Shown here in pieces: positions 13,054-26,567 of a DNA stretch of 64,000 nucleotides. The stretch's first letter is position 1. Each line of letters starts with the position of its first letter. A program made the position numbers and the translations under genes. A model generated the notes under the pieces. It saw only the letters and a program-made list of their open reading frames with translations. It did not search any database and had not been told where the DNA came from. This DNA comes from Octopus vulgaris (taxonomy: Eukaryota): positions 49,476,001-49,540,000 of the forward strand of contig OX597818.1 of the NCBI GenBank assembly GCA_951406725.2. Reading direction: 5' to 3'.

Positions 13054-14399
13054 TTTAAATATTTGAAATGATTTAATGAAATTATATGCCTACCTATTCC
13101 TCAGTCTCTATCCCCCACTCACATTAACCCTCTTGTATCCTGAAGGTACACCCTGGCATATTACCACCATCATCATCATCTCTCTTTTTCTAAGTGGGGT
13201 AGCCATGTATCTCCTTTATGGCAGGACACTTGTCCCTATCTCTCTATCATACACTTGACCCTCAATACTTGGAATAAAGCCACTTCCATCTCTCAAATCA
13301 AATGGTCTTGCTTCACACGCTACTTGGCAACATCACAGTGCTGGAGACATGAAAAAGCAGCCACTACACTCAGGAATTTGGATGCTAAATAATGAAGTTG
13401 ACGATGAATATTAAGCTTGTCTTTGGAGATAAAAAATAAATTGTTTTTTAAATTACATTTGGATAATAAAATAGAAGTACAGAAAGGCCAGAAGATCCCA
13501 AATGAAAGAAAACTGTGGAAGAGGAAGAGCATGGAAAAAAAATATGGATAGGAGTGGCGAAAGCTGAATTCAAGGTGTTGAACCTCACAAATTTTATATA
13601 CTAATATAGGCACTGGTGATGGTGCCACATAAAAAGCACCCAGTATACTCTATAAAGTGGAGATTGACACAATCAGCTGGTTTACCAGTTCCTGTGAAAA
13701 TGTCCCAACCCATGCCAACATGGAAAATGGACATTAAATGATGATGGTGATGAACAATATGCAATTTTTCAAATTTCAATATAAACAGCTTAGAATTTAC
13801 AGAAAAAGAGGAACTGTAAAGTGGCTTTATTTTTTTTAAAGCAATCTCTACATGCAACGAAAGACTTTAAAATGTTCCCTATTAACAATCTCCACCCAAC
13901 TATAAAGTTGCACTGATAAAACCTCAGTCAGTTATCAAACCTGATTTATACAAGAATACCTTCTAACACTAACTTAGACCAAATATGAAATATATTAATC
14001 CACTAACAAAAGTGGAAAATATAATTTTCTATTCATTAAAGATCAGACAATCTTATTTTTGGTTATTGAAAGACATGGATCACATCCGCACTTTGTTTAA
14101 AATTTGGTGTATTAAAACCAAAACGTAATTCTTTCAAAATAGTATTAGAGAAAGATGAAAAAAAGTGTAAAAAGCAATTTCTAGAATTCAAAATGAAAGG
14201 AAATAATTTCTAGATTATAGTTCAATGAACATGTGAAATATCATAGCAATGTGCCACAGAAATATTTCTTCAATAACTTGCCCTTTGAATTAATTTCATA
14301 TCAAATTAATTTATATTTAGAGAGACTATGGTGAAGTATAAGAAAATACAATATTTGTATTACTTAATCACAGTGCTTGACAACTAACTGTAGCTACCA

Positions 14400-14784
14400 T
14401 CTCTATATATATATATATAGACAGCAAAATGTCTGTCTGTGTGTGTGTTTGTGTATATCCTTTATACAAATCCACAATTTTTCAGTTAGAGGGCTCGCAC
14501 TTTCTATGGTCATTCAAAACCGTCCAAGGGTGGTCGTGCACATCTTTACATTTCCCTAGTCACCCCACAAAGCTATTAAAAAAATCAATAGAAGTGACTT
14601 TTTGGTGAATTTTCTATCCAAAACCCAATCAAAATGCCCGAAACTTGATACGCCAATTGAATGCCAGCTAGCTGTATGCGATTGGTCGGAAATTTGGACA
14701 GTACTTGTGAGTATGTGCGCATGCACGCAGCTGTATATGCATGCACTAGCACTATGACCCAGCGTTGCTGGGTCATAGTGCTAG
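14400..14784 (+). mobile_element. Non-autonomous Helitron
   Basis: A|TC 5' end, CTAG|T 3' end, terminal hairpin 14745-14785, no TSD. Confidence 0.8.
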
Positions 14785-17717
14785 TATTTCATAATTTTTC
14801 AAACAATTATATATTCAATTCTAACCTAAAACACTTTGTTATCTCAAGTATTTATCATAAAACAAAGTATTTTATACAATTACAGTTTTTGCAATTCTTG
14901 TGTAGAAATTAACTAAAGCTAAACTTAATTTTCTTTTACAAAGCCTAATTTAGTGTCATTGTTCTGAACCTAAACTGGTATATTTTGCACTGACTGTCCA
15001 CAATTAATAAAATAAACCACCACCAACATATTAGAGTAACTTAGCTACTGCAATTCTCTAGAGGAAGTAACCTCAATATTATTGAGGCAATAGTGAAGTA
15101 GAAAATTTAATATAGTGACTGTAATCATCATTATTTAATGTCCATTTTCAATGCTGGAATGGGTTGGCCAGATTAACAGGAACTGGTAAGGCTTGGAACT
15201 GCACCAGGCTCCATTGTTTTAGTACAATTTCTACAGCTGGATGCCCTTTCCGATGCCAACCATTTTATAGAGTGTACTGGGTGCTACATAAAAAGCTACA
15301 TGGTGCCTTGGGCAAGATCTACTGTAGCCTTACATTGATATTAATCAAAGACTTGAGTGTGAAATTTGGTAGATGAAAACTGTATGCGAGAGCACATCAG
15401 TAGGTGAAAAGTAGAAAAGGTAGACTATTGAGACCAGACACATTGTGGTTGATGGTTAAGTCCCTTCAGATTCTGAGTTTAAATCTTGCCAAGGCTAACT
15501 CTGCCTTCTTTCATACCAAAGCCAATAAAATAAATAGCAAAGCATTGAGAGAGATGTAATCCATTAAGCTAACATGACCAATGGGACAAAAACCAAAACA
15601 AGTGCAAAAAAGTAAAATGAATTATTTTCATTTTCCATATTTGATAAATTTGTCTCTGACCTGAAAAACTTTTCTTGATTATAAACAAAGATTCATAGCT
15701 AAAACTTTTACTAAATACAATACTTCAAGAGAGAAATATTTTTGAAGTGAAACATGTTGCATTTTGAACTTTGCAAATTTTGTCAATCGTTGAATTCATG
15801 CACATGCACCTGTGGCTGTGCATGTACACACACATATGCACGTGCATGTGTGCATGAGCATGCATGCATATGCTTTAACCATGTCTTTGGTTTGTGTGTG
15901 TGTATACACGAATGTGAATTTGCAACAACAACATTTGCAAATAAAATAAAGAATATGTCAACATTTTTATAACATTTATTGTTAAATGTCACACATAATA
16001 ACTATGTGATATGCAGGATATTGTTACAAATATTTCAGCTTGATAGCAACCATTAGTTGTCATTGTTGTCGTCAGCATCACCATTGTCATTTACTATTAG
16101 CATTGTCAGATTGACAATGAAGGAAAAACCATCCTTACTGACCAGATTTACGAGCAAACAACAATGATAAAAGAAAAAATGCAGATATAAAAATTACATA
16201 TTACACGAAGGGAATCAACAATCAAGATATCTAAATTACTGGTTTCTTTTGTCTCAAAACAATACTATTTTGCAGTTATATAATAAAGATAGAAACCAAC
16301 CTCAACTGACTCCTAGATCCACTATTAAGTAATACTAAACAAATGAAGAAAAGTAAATTGAACTCAATAATATAAAAAAGATATAAAATGACAAACAGAA
16401 TAGCCAACACTACGGGAAGTGATTTAGCATTACAATATCCATTACAGCTCACAAAATAAAGACAATTGGTATTTACATATGTATATATATATATTCATTA
16501 CCAAAAAAGGTGTCCTGCAAGGTGATTGCATACCAGTGGTGCTCTTTGTCTTTTCCTTGAAAAGACATTATTATACAATTTCACAAAAGCTGATTGTAGA
16601 AATGGATACTCTGAATCTAGAAATATTGCCCACAGTTTTCTGCAGATGAAATTCAACTGCAGTGACCAAGATCAAAAGCAATTGGGTCTCATTATGCAGC
16701 TTTCCACAGATGATTGAGTGACATTTGTATTCATGGAGGTGAGATGAGAAAATGCAAGCAACTATTTTGGACAAAATAACATTATATATGAGAGACCCAA
16801 TGGCCAGAAGAAGTCAAGAAATTAATAGGTCAAAAGTTTTAAAAAATACAGTCACTGCAAATGTCAACACCAATGGGGATGTAGACAAATATTCTCCACA
16901 CAAGGAAAGAGACTGGAGCTTAATTTGGTAGTAACAGAGAAACAGCGTCTTTCATAGAGAAATATCCTCAGTAACAATATTTCAGAAGTATACAAACATG
17001 AAACTAACAACTTTATAAGGATAAATCTTACCTAATATAACAATAAAAACAAAAACTAGACCAGTTCACTGAAAAGATTGTATATGAGAAATTGAAATGA
17101 AAATTGCATAACATGGAGAGAGTAAATCATACTAAAAGACTGCCATGGGCTGTCAACATGTCCCCGCTAAAAACCTTTTAAACAAAAGACAAAAGTTAAC
17201 AGCTGACAGCTGAATATAAGGTATGTAAAAATTGAAGACATTAGCCACATCATTGTGATAGGATAAGGTCCTATTTCCCAATTACATATGATGTAGTATC
17301 CATGGCAATCAGGGATAAAATAGTAAATAACCAATGAAAGACAAACAAAAATAAAGACTAATAGATCAAAAGAATATGAGAATAACCTAACAATAAAAAC
17401 AGTTATCCCATTAAAACATAAATCAGTCTTATATTGCTTTAGATCACCAGAAAAAAACAAAATACATTGATATGGAAGCCAGATGCCAAAGGACCATTAA
17501 TGCAGTAAAAAAAAAAACTATTGAAAATTTTTTTTTAAAAAAGCAGAGAGAAGATTATAAACCCTGTTTACAGCCTTATAACTTATCATTAAAATGTCAA
17601 GATACAAGTTGCTGGGAACAATTTATTGTCAAATTTAGATTCTTAGTAAAGAACAGCTCCATAATCCAAGATACATATGATCATTAAATCTAGGATGAGA
17701 CCTGCAAGACCTTAAGC

Positions 17718-17865
17718 CAGGGGTCTCCAAAATGGTCAATATTGACTCCTGGGGATAGATGGGACTACTCAAGGGGTCAATAAATGCACATCTACTTCAT
17801 TATCATTTATTTATTTTCTTGTACATGCCAGGGGGTTGATGGTCTAAAAAGTTTGCAGACTCCTG
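17718..17865. mobile_element. hAT MITE
   Basis: TIR CAGGGGTCTCCAAA/TTTGCAGACTCCTG and a perfect 8-bp TSD CCTTAAGC. Confidence 0.88.
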
Positions 17866-18210
17866 CCTTAAGCTCTAAGGATAAATCATCATGCAAATAA
17901 CAAAAAACTTTTTTTTTTGTTTTCTGCAGGTTGATCAAGCAAGCTGTTGGGGTAAAAATTAACTCTAAAACTCTAATCAGAAAATATGTATATATGTACA
18001 TTTCCTGTCTGATTATACAATTGCAACATGTATGCACACAGCTCTAACCTGCAACTTTGAACTGTCCAGCTTCCCTTCAGTATATTAACCTGACTGTTGT
18101 TACTTCTAACAATCTTTCTTCAGTCCTCCTTAATCTTCTACACACAGATGTTATCCACAATCCACTCACAATCAACCCCAAAGCATCGTGTTAAACCAGT
18201 ACTACCTTAA

Positions 18211-18388
18211 CCCTTTAGCATTTAAACTGGATATACTGGCCCAAATATTGTGTTTTATGTTCAAACAGGTCCAACCTCTTGCACATACCCTACAATGTCA
18301 TTCAAAAAGAAGACAATCACATTATTAATTCAAAACAAGGTGAATAAATAAGTATTTCATTTGAGAGAGTAATGTGATAGCTAAAAGG
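18211..18388. mobile_element. piggyBac-like MITE, second family
   Basis: TTAA|CCCTTTAGC...GCTAAAAGG|TTAA. Confidence 0.65.
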
Positions 18389-19458
18389 TTAAACAGAATT
18401 CCCCAATGGGAACATGATAATTGTCTCTTAAATAGAATGAAGATATGACCACTGCATGGAATAATATCACCATTTCTAATCTCTAATCTTGCAATTAAAC
18501 AGTTGTTACAAGCGCTAATCCTTCACAATCTCTGATGATCTTGTATACATAACTTATCAAAAGACTGCATCCCAGATCAGGAAATACTTGATCAGCTAAC
18601 TCTTACTCTTAATAAATTTTATGACTAACAGTAAAATACTGCTCTCACCATCTGCAAAGGTGTTGTTGCTGCCACACACACACACATCCTACAAAATATC
18701 CAAAAGAGGGCCATCTGTCTGATTAACTCATCAATACACCCCACTATAACATTTTATCCCAGTAAGAGCTTCTGCTCTTCTGAACTAGCTAGCTGTTCAC
18801 AAAACTTAATCCATGTCCACTAATCCCTTTTTACTACCTGTACAGTATCTCTCTCTCTTTCTTCATCTCACACCAGTCACAACACCCAATCCTTCCTTCT
18901 TAGACTCTGAAATTCCCTTTCTTCCCATGCTCTTCTGCAGATCTAGAATTACAGATGTACATAAATTGTATAAATGTTGCCATAGGAACTGCCCTTTTCA
19001 CGTGCCTGAATCATGAAAAATACAAAAAAAAAAGAGACACACACACACATACTAGAATATTGTCCAAATTAGTAAAGGACTTTCTAAAACGAAATTTTAA
19101 GAAAATATTAATTCTTGATAATGAAGAATTAAGAAATTACATCAGTGCTGAATAACAATGGTATGTAGTAATGAAAATATTTAGACAGTGAAATTACTTT
19201 ACAGATTAAAGTTTTAAGGCTTTGTTTCTTTCCAGTATTTCAATCATGGATTTGACAATCATGAAATGAACGTTTTGGTTGCTACAATAAAGACAATGTA
19301 ACTTGTACAATACTGCTTTACTGAAATTCTAGATATCATATAGGAGGACAAAAATTGCTTATTTAATAACAAATGCAAAATAAAGTTTTAAAAAACCCAG
19401 CCAAGTTAAAACATATATGAGTAAAAAGAATATCCTTAAAACCAGCAACGTTTACATT

Positions 19459-19467
19459 AAAGGATAC
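19459..19467 (-). promoter_or_regulatory. U12-type 5' splice site GTATCCTTT
   Basis: Exact minor-spliceosome donor consensus at the boundary required by the ARF6 reading frame. Confidence 0.93.
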
Positions 19468-19549
19468 TTGTTTTTCCTGCTGCATCAAGACCCAACATTA
19501 ATATCCTCATTTCCTTATTTCCAAATATCTTTGAAAATAACTTCCCCAT
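19468..19549 (-). CDS. ARF6: ARF6 coding exon 1 ([27 protein letters not shown]); exon begins at 19570 with 21 nt of 5' UTR
   Basis: Kozak gaccATGG, myristoylation Gly2, P-loop GLDAAGKT. Upstream pyrimidine tract and ccag acceptor at 19574-19571. Exon lengths 82+104+199+143=528 nt. Confidence 0.97.
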
Positions 19550-20023
19550 GGTCGCCGATGTACCAACTCACTGGAAAATAGAAATTAAAAAAAAAGAAAT
19601 GAACATCAGTGGAAATTCAAACCATGCAAAATCAATAAATCTGAAAAAAGAATTAAATCTGTTGGTATTGATAAACTATTCTTAGAGAATAAAAGAAAAT
19701 AAGAATTATTTCAAATATTAAATATAAAATATGGATATGTTTTGGATGTCATTTATCCTGTCTTCCACCCAATAGAGTAAAAAAAACAGAAAAATGAAAA
19801 AAGAAAAAAAAGCTGATAATTGCTATCTGGTATATACAGTTGCATTTTCTAGTTTTGTATCATGTTCGCATAAAAGAAAAACAAAAAAAAAAAAACTACC
19901 ATGCATATCTGATGCTGTAGACACTTGGAAATGTTAGATAGATATAATATGAAAATATGACTGAAACATCTTTTTAAAACTGTACACACATTAACATATT
20001 GTCTTGAATTTAACTAAAATATA

Positions 20024-20256
20024 TATTTCTTTACTACCCACAAGGGGCTAAACACAGAGGGGACAAACAAGGACAGACAAAGGGATTAAGTCGATTATAT
20101 CGACCCCAATGCGCAACTGGTGCTTAATTTATCGACCCCGAGAGGATGAAAGGCTAAGTCGACCTCGGCGGAATTTGAACCCAGGACGTAGCGGTAGACG
20201 AAATACGGCTACGCATTTCACCCGGCGTGCTAACGATTCTACCAGCTCGCCGCCTT
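20024..20256 (-). mobile_element. SINE (family E), young and CpG-rich
   Basis: Matches 10305-10537. TSD TAAAATATA at 20015-20023 and 20257-20265. Confidence 0.9.
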
Positions 20257-20789
20257 TAAAATATAATTGTCTGTTTACTGTTTGCTGGACAAGATTGGGG
20301 GTGGGGATTACTTTAGACAGACTATTATCTTGTACCGAAGAAAATTGACTCATAAATGCTAACTTAGATTTACACCACTCCCTGATGTCTTGCTATGTAT
20401 AGGGGTCACCGAAAATATCCAACAGTATTTGTAAGTGATCCTCATAACATCAGTCATACCATCTTTGGAAATACCTTTGACTGTCACTTTGGACACTGAT
20501 AGTGGACTAGTTTCAGAAATCTGATCTGTGAGTGACCTACAGTATAAACCAACATACTGAGATATCATTTACGTAATGATATTAGAACTGTTTCAAACGA
20601 TAACCCAATGAAGTATGTCAAGTAAGCACCAATGGCTTAACCACCTGATAATGACCAAAATTTTACAAAGATTTTTGAAATTGTAATTTATGAAAAGAAT
20701 TTAAGCCAACACACACCTGTTACACATGTCCATCCCAAACACCAACCAAGATTTCTGAGATGATCTCACTTTCTTCATCTATTATTATA

Positions 20790-22528
20790 GTACATGCAAA
20801 CCATGTACAGGGATGCTGTCAGTAAGGTGAGGGTTGGTTGGTACAGTAAAGAATTCCAAGTAGGGGTAGGGGTCCACCAAGGATCAGTCCTCAACCCCTT
20901 CTTATTCATCATAAGTCCTCCAGGCAATAACAGAAGAATTCAAGACAGGATGCCCTTGGGAGCTTCTCTATGCTGATGACCTTGCTCTAATTGCTGAGTC
21001 ACTACCAGAACTAGAGGAAAAGTTTCAGGTGTGGAAGCAAGGATTATAATCAAAGGGCCTTCGGGTCAACCTAGCTAAAACCAAAGACTTAATAAGTAGG
21101 AAGGCAGACAAACAACAAATCCCTTCAGGTAGATGGCCCTGCTCAATCTGTACAAAAAGCATAGGGAGAAATTCCATAAGCTGTACCCAGTGTAAGCTAT
21201 GGACACATAGGAGATGCAGCAATATCAAAGGAAGGCTAATTGGGAAGATAGTTTTTGTATGTGGCAAATGCTCAGGAGCAATAAACACTGAAAATGTGCA
21301 GAGAACAACTTCTGTCACATTCCAGGGAGAAAAACTAGAAGTAGTTGATAGCTTCCGTTACCTAGGTGACGAAGTCAGTAGCTGGGGTGGATGCTCTGAA
21401 AGTGTAGTTGCTAGAATAAGAATTGCCTGGGCAAAGTTCAGAGAGTTCCTACTTCTGCTGGTGACAAAGGGTCTCTCGCTCAGAATAAAAGGTAGACTGT
21501 ATGATGCATGTGTACGAACAGCCATGCTACACAGCAGTGAAACATGGGCTGTGACTGCTGAGGATATGCATAAGCTTGCAAAGAATAAAGCCACTATTCT
21601 CCACTGGATGTGTAATGTCAGTATGCAGACATGACAGAGTGTAAGTACCTTGAGAGAAAAGTTGGACTTAAGAAGCATCAGATGTGGTGGGCAAGAGAGA
21701 CGACTGCACTGGTATGGTCATGTGTTGCAAATGGATGAGGACAGTTGTGGGAAAAAGTGTCACACCCTAGCAGTTGAGGAAACCTGTGGAAGAGGTAGAC
21801 CCAGGAAGACCTGGGATGAAGTGGTGAAGCACAACCTTTTTGAACATTGAGCCTCACCGAGGCAATGACTAGTGACTGAAACCTTTGGAGACATGCTGTG
21901 CTTGAGAAGACCCAACAAGCCAAGTGAGACCATAACTCGTGGCCTAAACCAGTGGTGTATAAGCAGCCCACTTATGAGTACCCTTCATTCATTGGATAAT
22001 AAACTTTGCTTGTGAAGACTTGAAGCAAATGAAATCAAAATCACTGATGTGGCTGATTAGAGTACCGCCTGATTGGCACTCACGCCAGTGAAACATTAAA
22101 AGCACCATCTGAGCATGATCATTGCCAGGGTCGCTGACTGGCTCCCATGCCAGTGGCATACGAAAAGCAACATCCGAGCATAATCGTTGCCAGTGTAGCC
22201 TTACTGGCTCCCATGCAGTTGGCACGTGAAAAACAGCATTCAAGCATGGCTGTTGCCAGTGCCACTGGACTGGCTCCTGTGCAGGTGGCATGTAAAGAAA
22301 CACCTTTTGAGTGTGGTTGTTGCCAGTACCGTCTGACTGGTCCTCATGCCAGTGGCACGTAAAAGCACCCACTACACTCTTGGAGTGGTTGGTGTTAGGA
22401 AGGGCATCCAGCTGTAGAAACATTGCCAGATCAGATTGGAGCCTGGTGCAGCCTTCAGGCTTGCCAGTCCTCAGTCAAATCGTCCAACCCATGCCAGCAT
22501 AGAAAGCAGACATTAAATGACGATGATG
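20790..22528 (+). mobile_element. 5'-truncated RTE-clade LINE (RT C-terminal half, Cys-rich insert, 3' UTR)
   Basis: GVHQGSVLNP, LLYADD (20965-20980), FRYLG and GRGRPRKTW motifs with frameshifts, (GAT)n tail. Confidence 0.93.
22062..22370 (+). repeat. ~65-bp diverged tandem repeat (about 5 units) in the RTE 3' UTR
   Basis: Units start near 22084, 22148, 22214, 22280 and 22347 (TGCCAGTGGCACGTAAAAGCAC-like). Confidence 0.85.
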
Positions 22529-23744
22529 GTTTACAATAATGCAAGAAGGGGAGATTTGAGGTTCAAAGTGAAGAATAATCTAACAATAATAATTCAATAG
22601 TAGAAGACAACTGTTTAAGTGACGGTACCTGAGTAGTATGTGACAAAGTACTTTTTTGTTCACTCATACATTACATCCTGTATTCCTGTGATTTATATCA
22701 ACACAGGCTTAGAAATATTTTTAAAATCTGACTTTCTGTTCCACCACCAAACATTTTTTTTTTTTATAACATTAAAGATTAAGGAAGAAGAGACCCCCCC
22801 CCCAAAAAAAAAACTCCCTCACTTTCATATAGTAACCACCTCCACTAATTAGCTCTTAGCTATCTACATTCAACTAAGGTGAAGTTTCATTTCAATGGCA
22901 TTTCACAGAGGCATTTAACAAAGTATATGCATGCCTTTATGCGTGATATGTAAAAAAAAAAAGTAGAAGTGTCTAAAACAAATTCAGCAGTAATGAAGAA
23001 ATATATGAACAAGATATATTTTTATTATATAATATTTACTATGTATTTATTATAACATTCCAACTAAAATCAGGTGATAAATAGCTGAATATTAAGGCAG
23101 ATGAATATTTTTAAATGAATACAGATAAATTTAGACTGCCACAAACATTAGGTATGTATAGGGTGTGATATAAATTTAGCCTGCAACAATTATGTAGGCA
23201 ACAAAATATAAAAGATTTCAGCTGAAGCTACTTCATGCGTCACATTCCTTTTACTTAGAATGAAGCTTTCAGTATGAAGAAAAGAGACTCTTATTTCACT
23301 GCAGTTATTAAAAAGGGACTATGTAAAGAGTCATTAATGAGTAATTTATAAATTAAACTGGAATTAATGAGATGGACTTTTCAGATTACTTTTGTATATT
23401 TTTAGATTACAATTGATATAAAATTCAACCTTCTACATGTTACAACTAATTATCATAAAGTTAACAGAAGATTTTGAGAAAGTAATACTCTTGGTGTTAT
23501 ATTTTCTCATCTAGAGTTGCTTTTCATTTCCTTTTAATTACAAAACAGAACAATTTCCCCTCTATTTTGATAAGTGAAAATCTCAAAGAAAGATTTATTA
23601 CAAAACTTGCCAGAGCCAACAATTGAGTGCAAAATTTGGAACCAGATAGATTATAAGTATGATCTTGCCTCATGTATTAAAATGAAAACAAAGAAATAGT
23701 TTAACTTACAATTTACATAAGTATAGCTATGGTTATTGTCAGAG

Positions 23745-24112
23745 CTGTGTCTGTATGGTTAAAAAGCTTGCTTCCCAACCATAAGGTCTTGGGTAAATGT
23801 TTTCTACTATAACCAGGGCTGAAAAATGCCTTGTAAGTGGATTTGAGAGGTGGAAACTGAAAGTAGCATGTCGTGTATGTGCCTTTGTCTTGTCTTGATA
23901 TCATATGATGTTTGTAAATGAGCATCAATGACATACAAGTGTGGTTGTTTGTTTCCAGTCTTCTGTGAAAAGCATGACTGGTCATAAGGTAAATATTACC
24001 TTGCTAGAGAACAGGTAAGGGTTGGTGACAGGAAGGGCATCTGGCTGTAGAAAATCTACCTCAAAAGATACCATCTGATCCATGCAAGCATGGAAAAGTG
24101 GACATTAAATAA
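23745..24112 (+). mobile_element. Composite SINE (family D): family C head plus RTE-like tail
   Basis: Head matches 6700-6860, tail matches the RTE 3' end. Reverse copy at 32345-32716. Confidence 0.7.
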
Positions 24113-24164
24113 CAATTTTAGGTTTCATATATTAAGACTAAGGTGGGTGGGAATATCTAATGTT

Positions 24165-24365
24165 AAAACATCAGGACCAGTAAGGGAGCCTCAATACTAA
24201 CTCTGCTAGAAATAGCAGCCAATTTTCCTCAATTTACATCTTACTGTCATATGTAAGAACACACATTGGATAATGTTGTCCCATATATGCCTAAAAAGGT
24301 GGGATAGTCATAGCTGGAATGTCTGATTATAAATTTACCCTATTAGGCTTAGCCTGGGGGGTAAA
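24165..24365 (+). mobile_element. Old dispersed repeat (family G)
   Basis: ctagaaatagcagccaa...cattggataatgt...gggatagtcatagctggaatg. Related copies near 3575-3670(-), 8595-8805, 37745-38180 and 57815-58010. Confidence 0.6.
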
Positions 24366-24789
24366 AACATCAGGAATTGACAAACCAATGAAGAAGCCTC
24401 TATGGAGTTACTTAAACTGTAACAGCAGGCAACCGAATCATTAAATAATACTCTGAATAATGTCAATTTGTATCTTTTCCATATGTGGACACTATCAGAA
24501 TTCAACAGATGCAATATCTACATGAAAAGCTAAAATTCATAAATAAAAAAAAAAAATTTTTTTTCTAAAATACTCAAAGGAAGAATCAAATAACACTATT
24601 TACAAAATCTCAACAAAATATGCACAACATTATAGAAACAATAACAACAGCAACAGTAAAAACAGAAAATACCATTATTATCTAACTTCACAACATCACA
24701 AGTCTGTACAGATTATATTAAAAAGAGAAAAAAAAAATAAACCTAACAAGACTTCACACCACATAAAAAAAAATATTTGTGAAACTGAC

Positions 24790-26200
24790 AAAAAAATTTT
24801 TTAATAATAACATTAATGGCATCAAAATACATGAAAGTAAGATTTTATCATCGTACACGACATTCCACGTAATAATAATTCAGGAAACAATATTAACTCA
24901 ACACAGAATATCACACATTCTTAATTACACTCCAAATTTGACAGACCCTATCACGACGGAAGCCTTATAACGTGTATAATATCGTGCATTCAGGATATAG
25001 ATATCACAAATGACATTTCATAAACTAATGAGAGATGACACCGTACTAGAAATGCTAGCTTTCAATATAGAAAATTAGCAATATGAAGCACTTTAATATA
25101 ATAATTAAACATATAATATCACCACCAATCACACCCATTGGTCCCCCTCCCCCAGGTTACTCACTCCAACTACAACACTTTCACAAACACAATAAATGGG
25201 GAAAACCTCAATGTACTGCAACATGTACTACTTTCAAGTAGTGCACTACTTAAGACAAGAGGTAACGTAAAAGCATCACAGCTGAACTCCTTTTACATCA
25301 AATTAACCCAGGCTCTCACACACACGCACACTCACCAAATCAACTACAATAAGTCTTCTTTGGTGATCACCTTCTGCCCCACAATCGCTTGGCAAACAAT
25401 CTCCCAACTCTCTTCGGACCATTCATCAATTATCAATGGAATACACTTATGTCAGTGAAGAAAGAAAGGAAAACAAAAACACTTTCACAAACATCAAAAA
25501 AAACCCAAAAAAAAACCACCTCATAATGAAGCAAGTTTGGCCAAGAAACAGTAATACTGAGTTTAGAATCTAATAACACCATAACCACCACTACTGTACA
25601 TATTCAAGATAATTAAAGATGTATGGAAAATAAATAAATAAGGTAACATAAGCAAATACACCTTCCATTACATATCAAAAATACCTCATGTCAAACAGTA
25701 CGCACCAGTGAGATAAAAACAAGGCACCAAACAGCTAAACAAGGAAATAACAAAAATAAAACATACAAAAGCAGATAGATAACACATATCAAACCAACTA
25801 TAAAACAAACAGTAAAACACTATATAAGAGTAATTAGCAACCAAGTATTATTCACATGCAATCTAGACACCCAACACCAAATCTGCAGTGTCTATGAAGA
25901 GAGACCTCAAAAATATCCTCCAATGGTGGGAGTCATACTAATTCTGGCACCTCAACAGCAAACAAAAACGCTCACTGCACATATTAAGAAAACATTATTA
26001 TACTTCACCTCTCCTAGCATGAACAACTAGAACCCCCACAATTACTACACCTCTGCTGAAAATCTCTCATGGTAAACATATATCCTCGATATAGCAAAGA
26101 TAGTATCTCAAAGACTGGTATTCATATCTGGAACCAGAAAATACTGGAGGTTTCAAACATCTACTAACCCTCAACAACAGAGGTCTTATATCATTTAACT
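24790..26200 (+). mobile_element. Decayed LINE with AP-endonuclease remnants
   Basis: NINGIK, IIIQET and SSDH motifs in ORFs 24779-24970 and 25138-25458. Confidence 0.55.
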
Positions 26201-26379
26201 CCTTTATGGAATCATTGATAATTTATTGATCCCCATCATGCAAATGTCTTAAATAAAATTAAAAATTATGATAATAAAAAATTCTTGATTCAAAAGTAAT
26301 AAATCCTTGTCTCATTACTGCCTTTTATTTAGAAATATTTAAAGAAATTTAATGAAAATATGTAATGCAAACTGTAAAA

Positions 26380-26567
26380 ACCTTGTGCCACGCAACAAGC
26401 ACTAAGCCCACTCTGCAGAGTGGTTGGTGTTAGGAAGGGTATCGAGCTGTAAAAATCCTGCCAAAACAGTTACAGAAGTCTGGTGCAGGCTTCTATCTGG
26501 CCGGCTCTTGTTAAACCGTCCCACCCATGCCAGCATGGAAGGCGGACATTAAATGATGATGGTGATG
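26380..26567 (+). mobile_element. RTE 3' end
   Basis: Very similar to 54310-54499. Confidence 0.85.

Noticed and set aside
20973-20979. CTGATGA hammerhead core
   Set aside because: It is the YADD codons of the RTE reverse transcriptase; the same applies near 52884.
22062-22370. CRISPR-like array
   Set aside because: Whole units are homologous with no unique spacers, it lies in a eukaryotic LINE UTR, and there are no cas genes.
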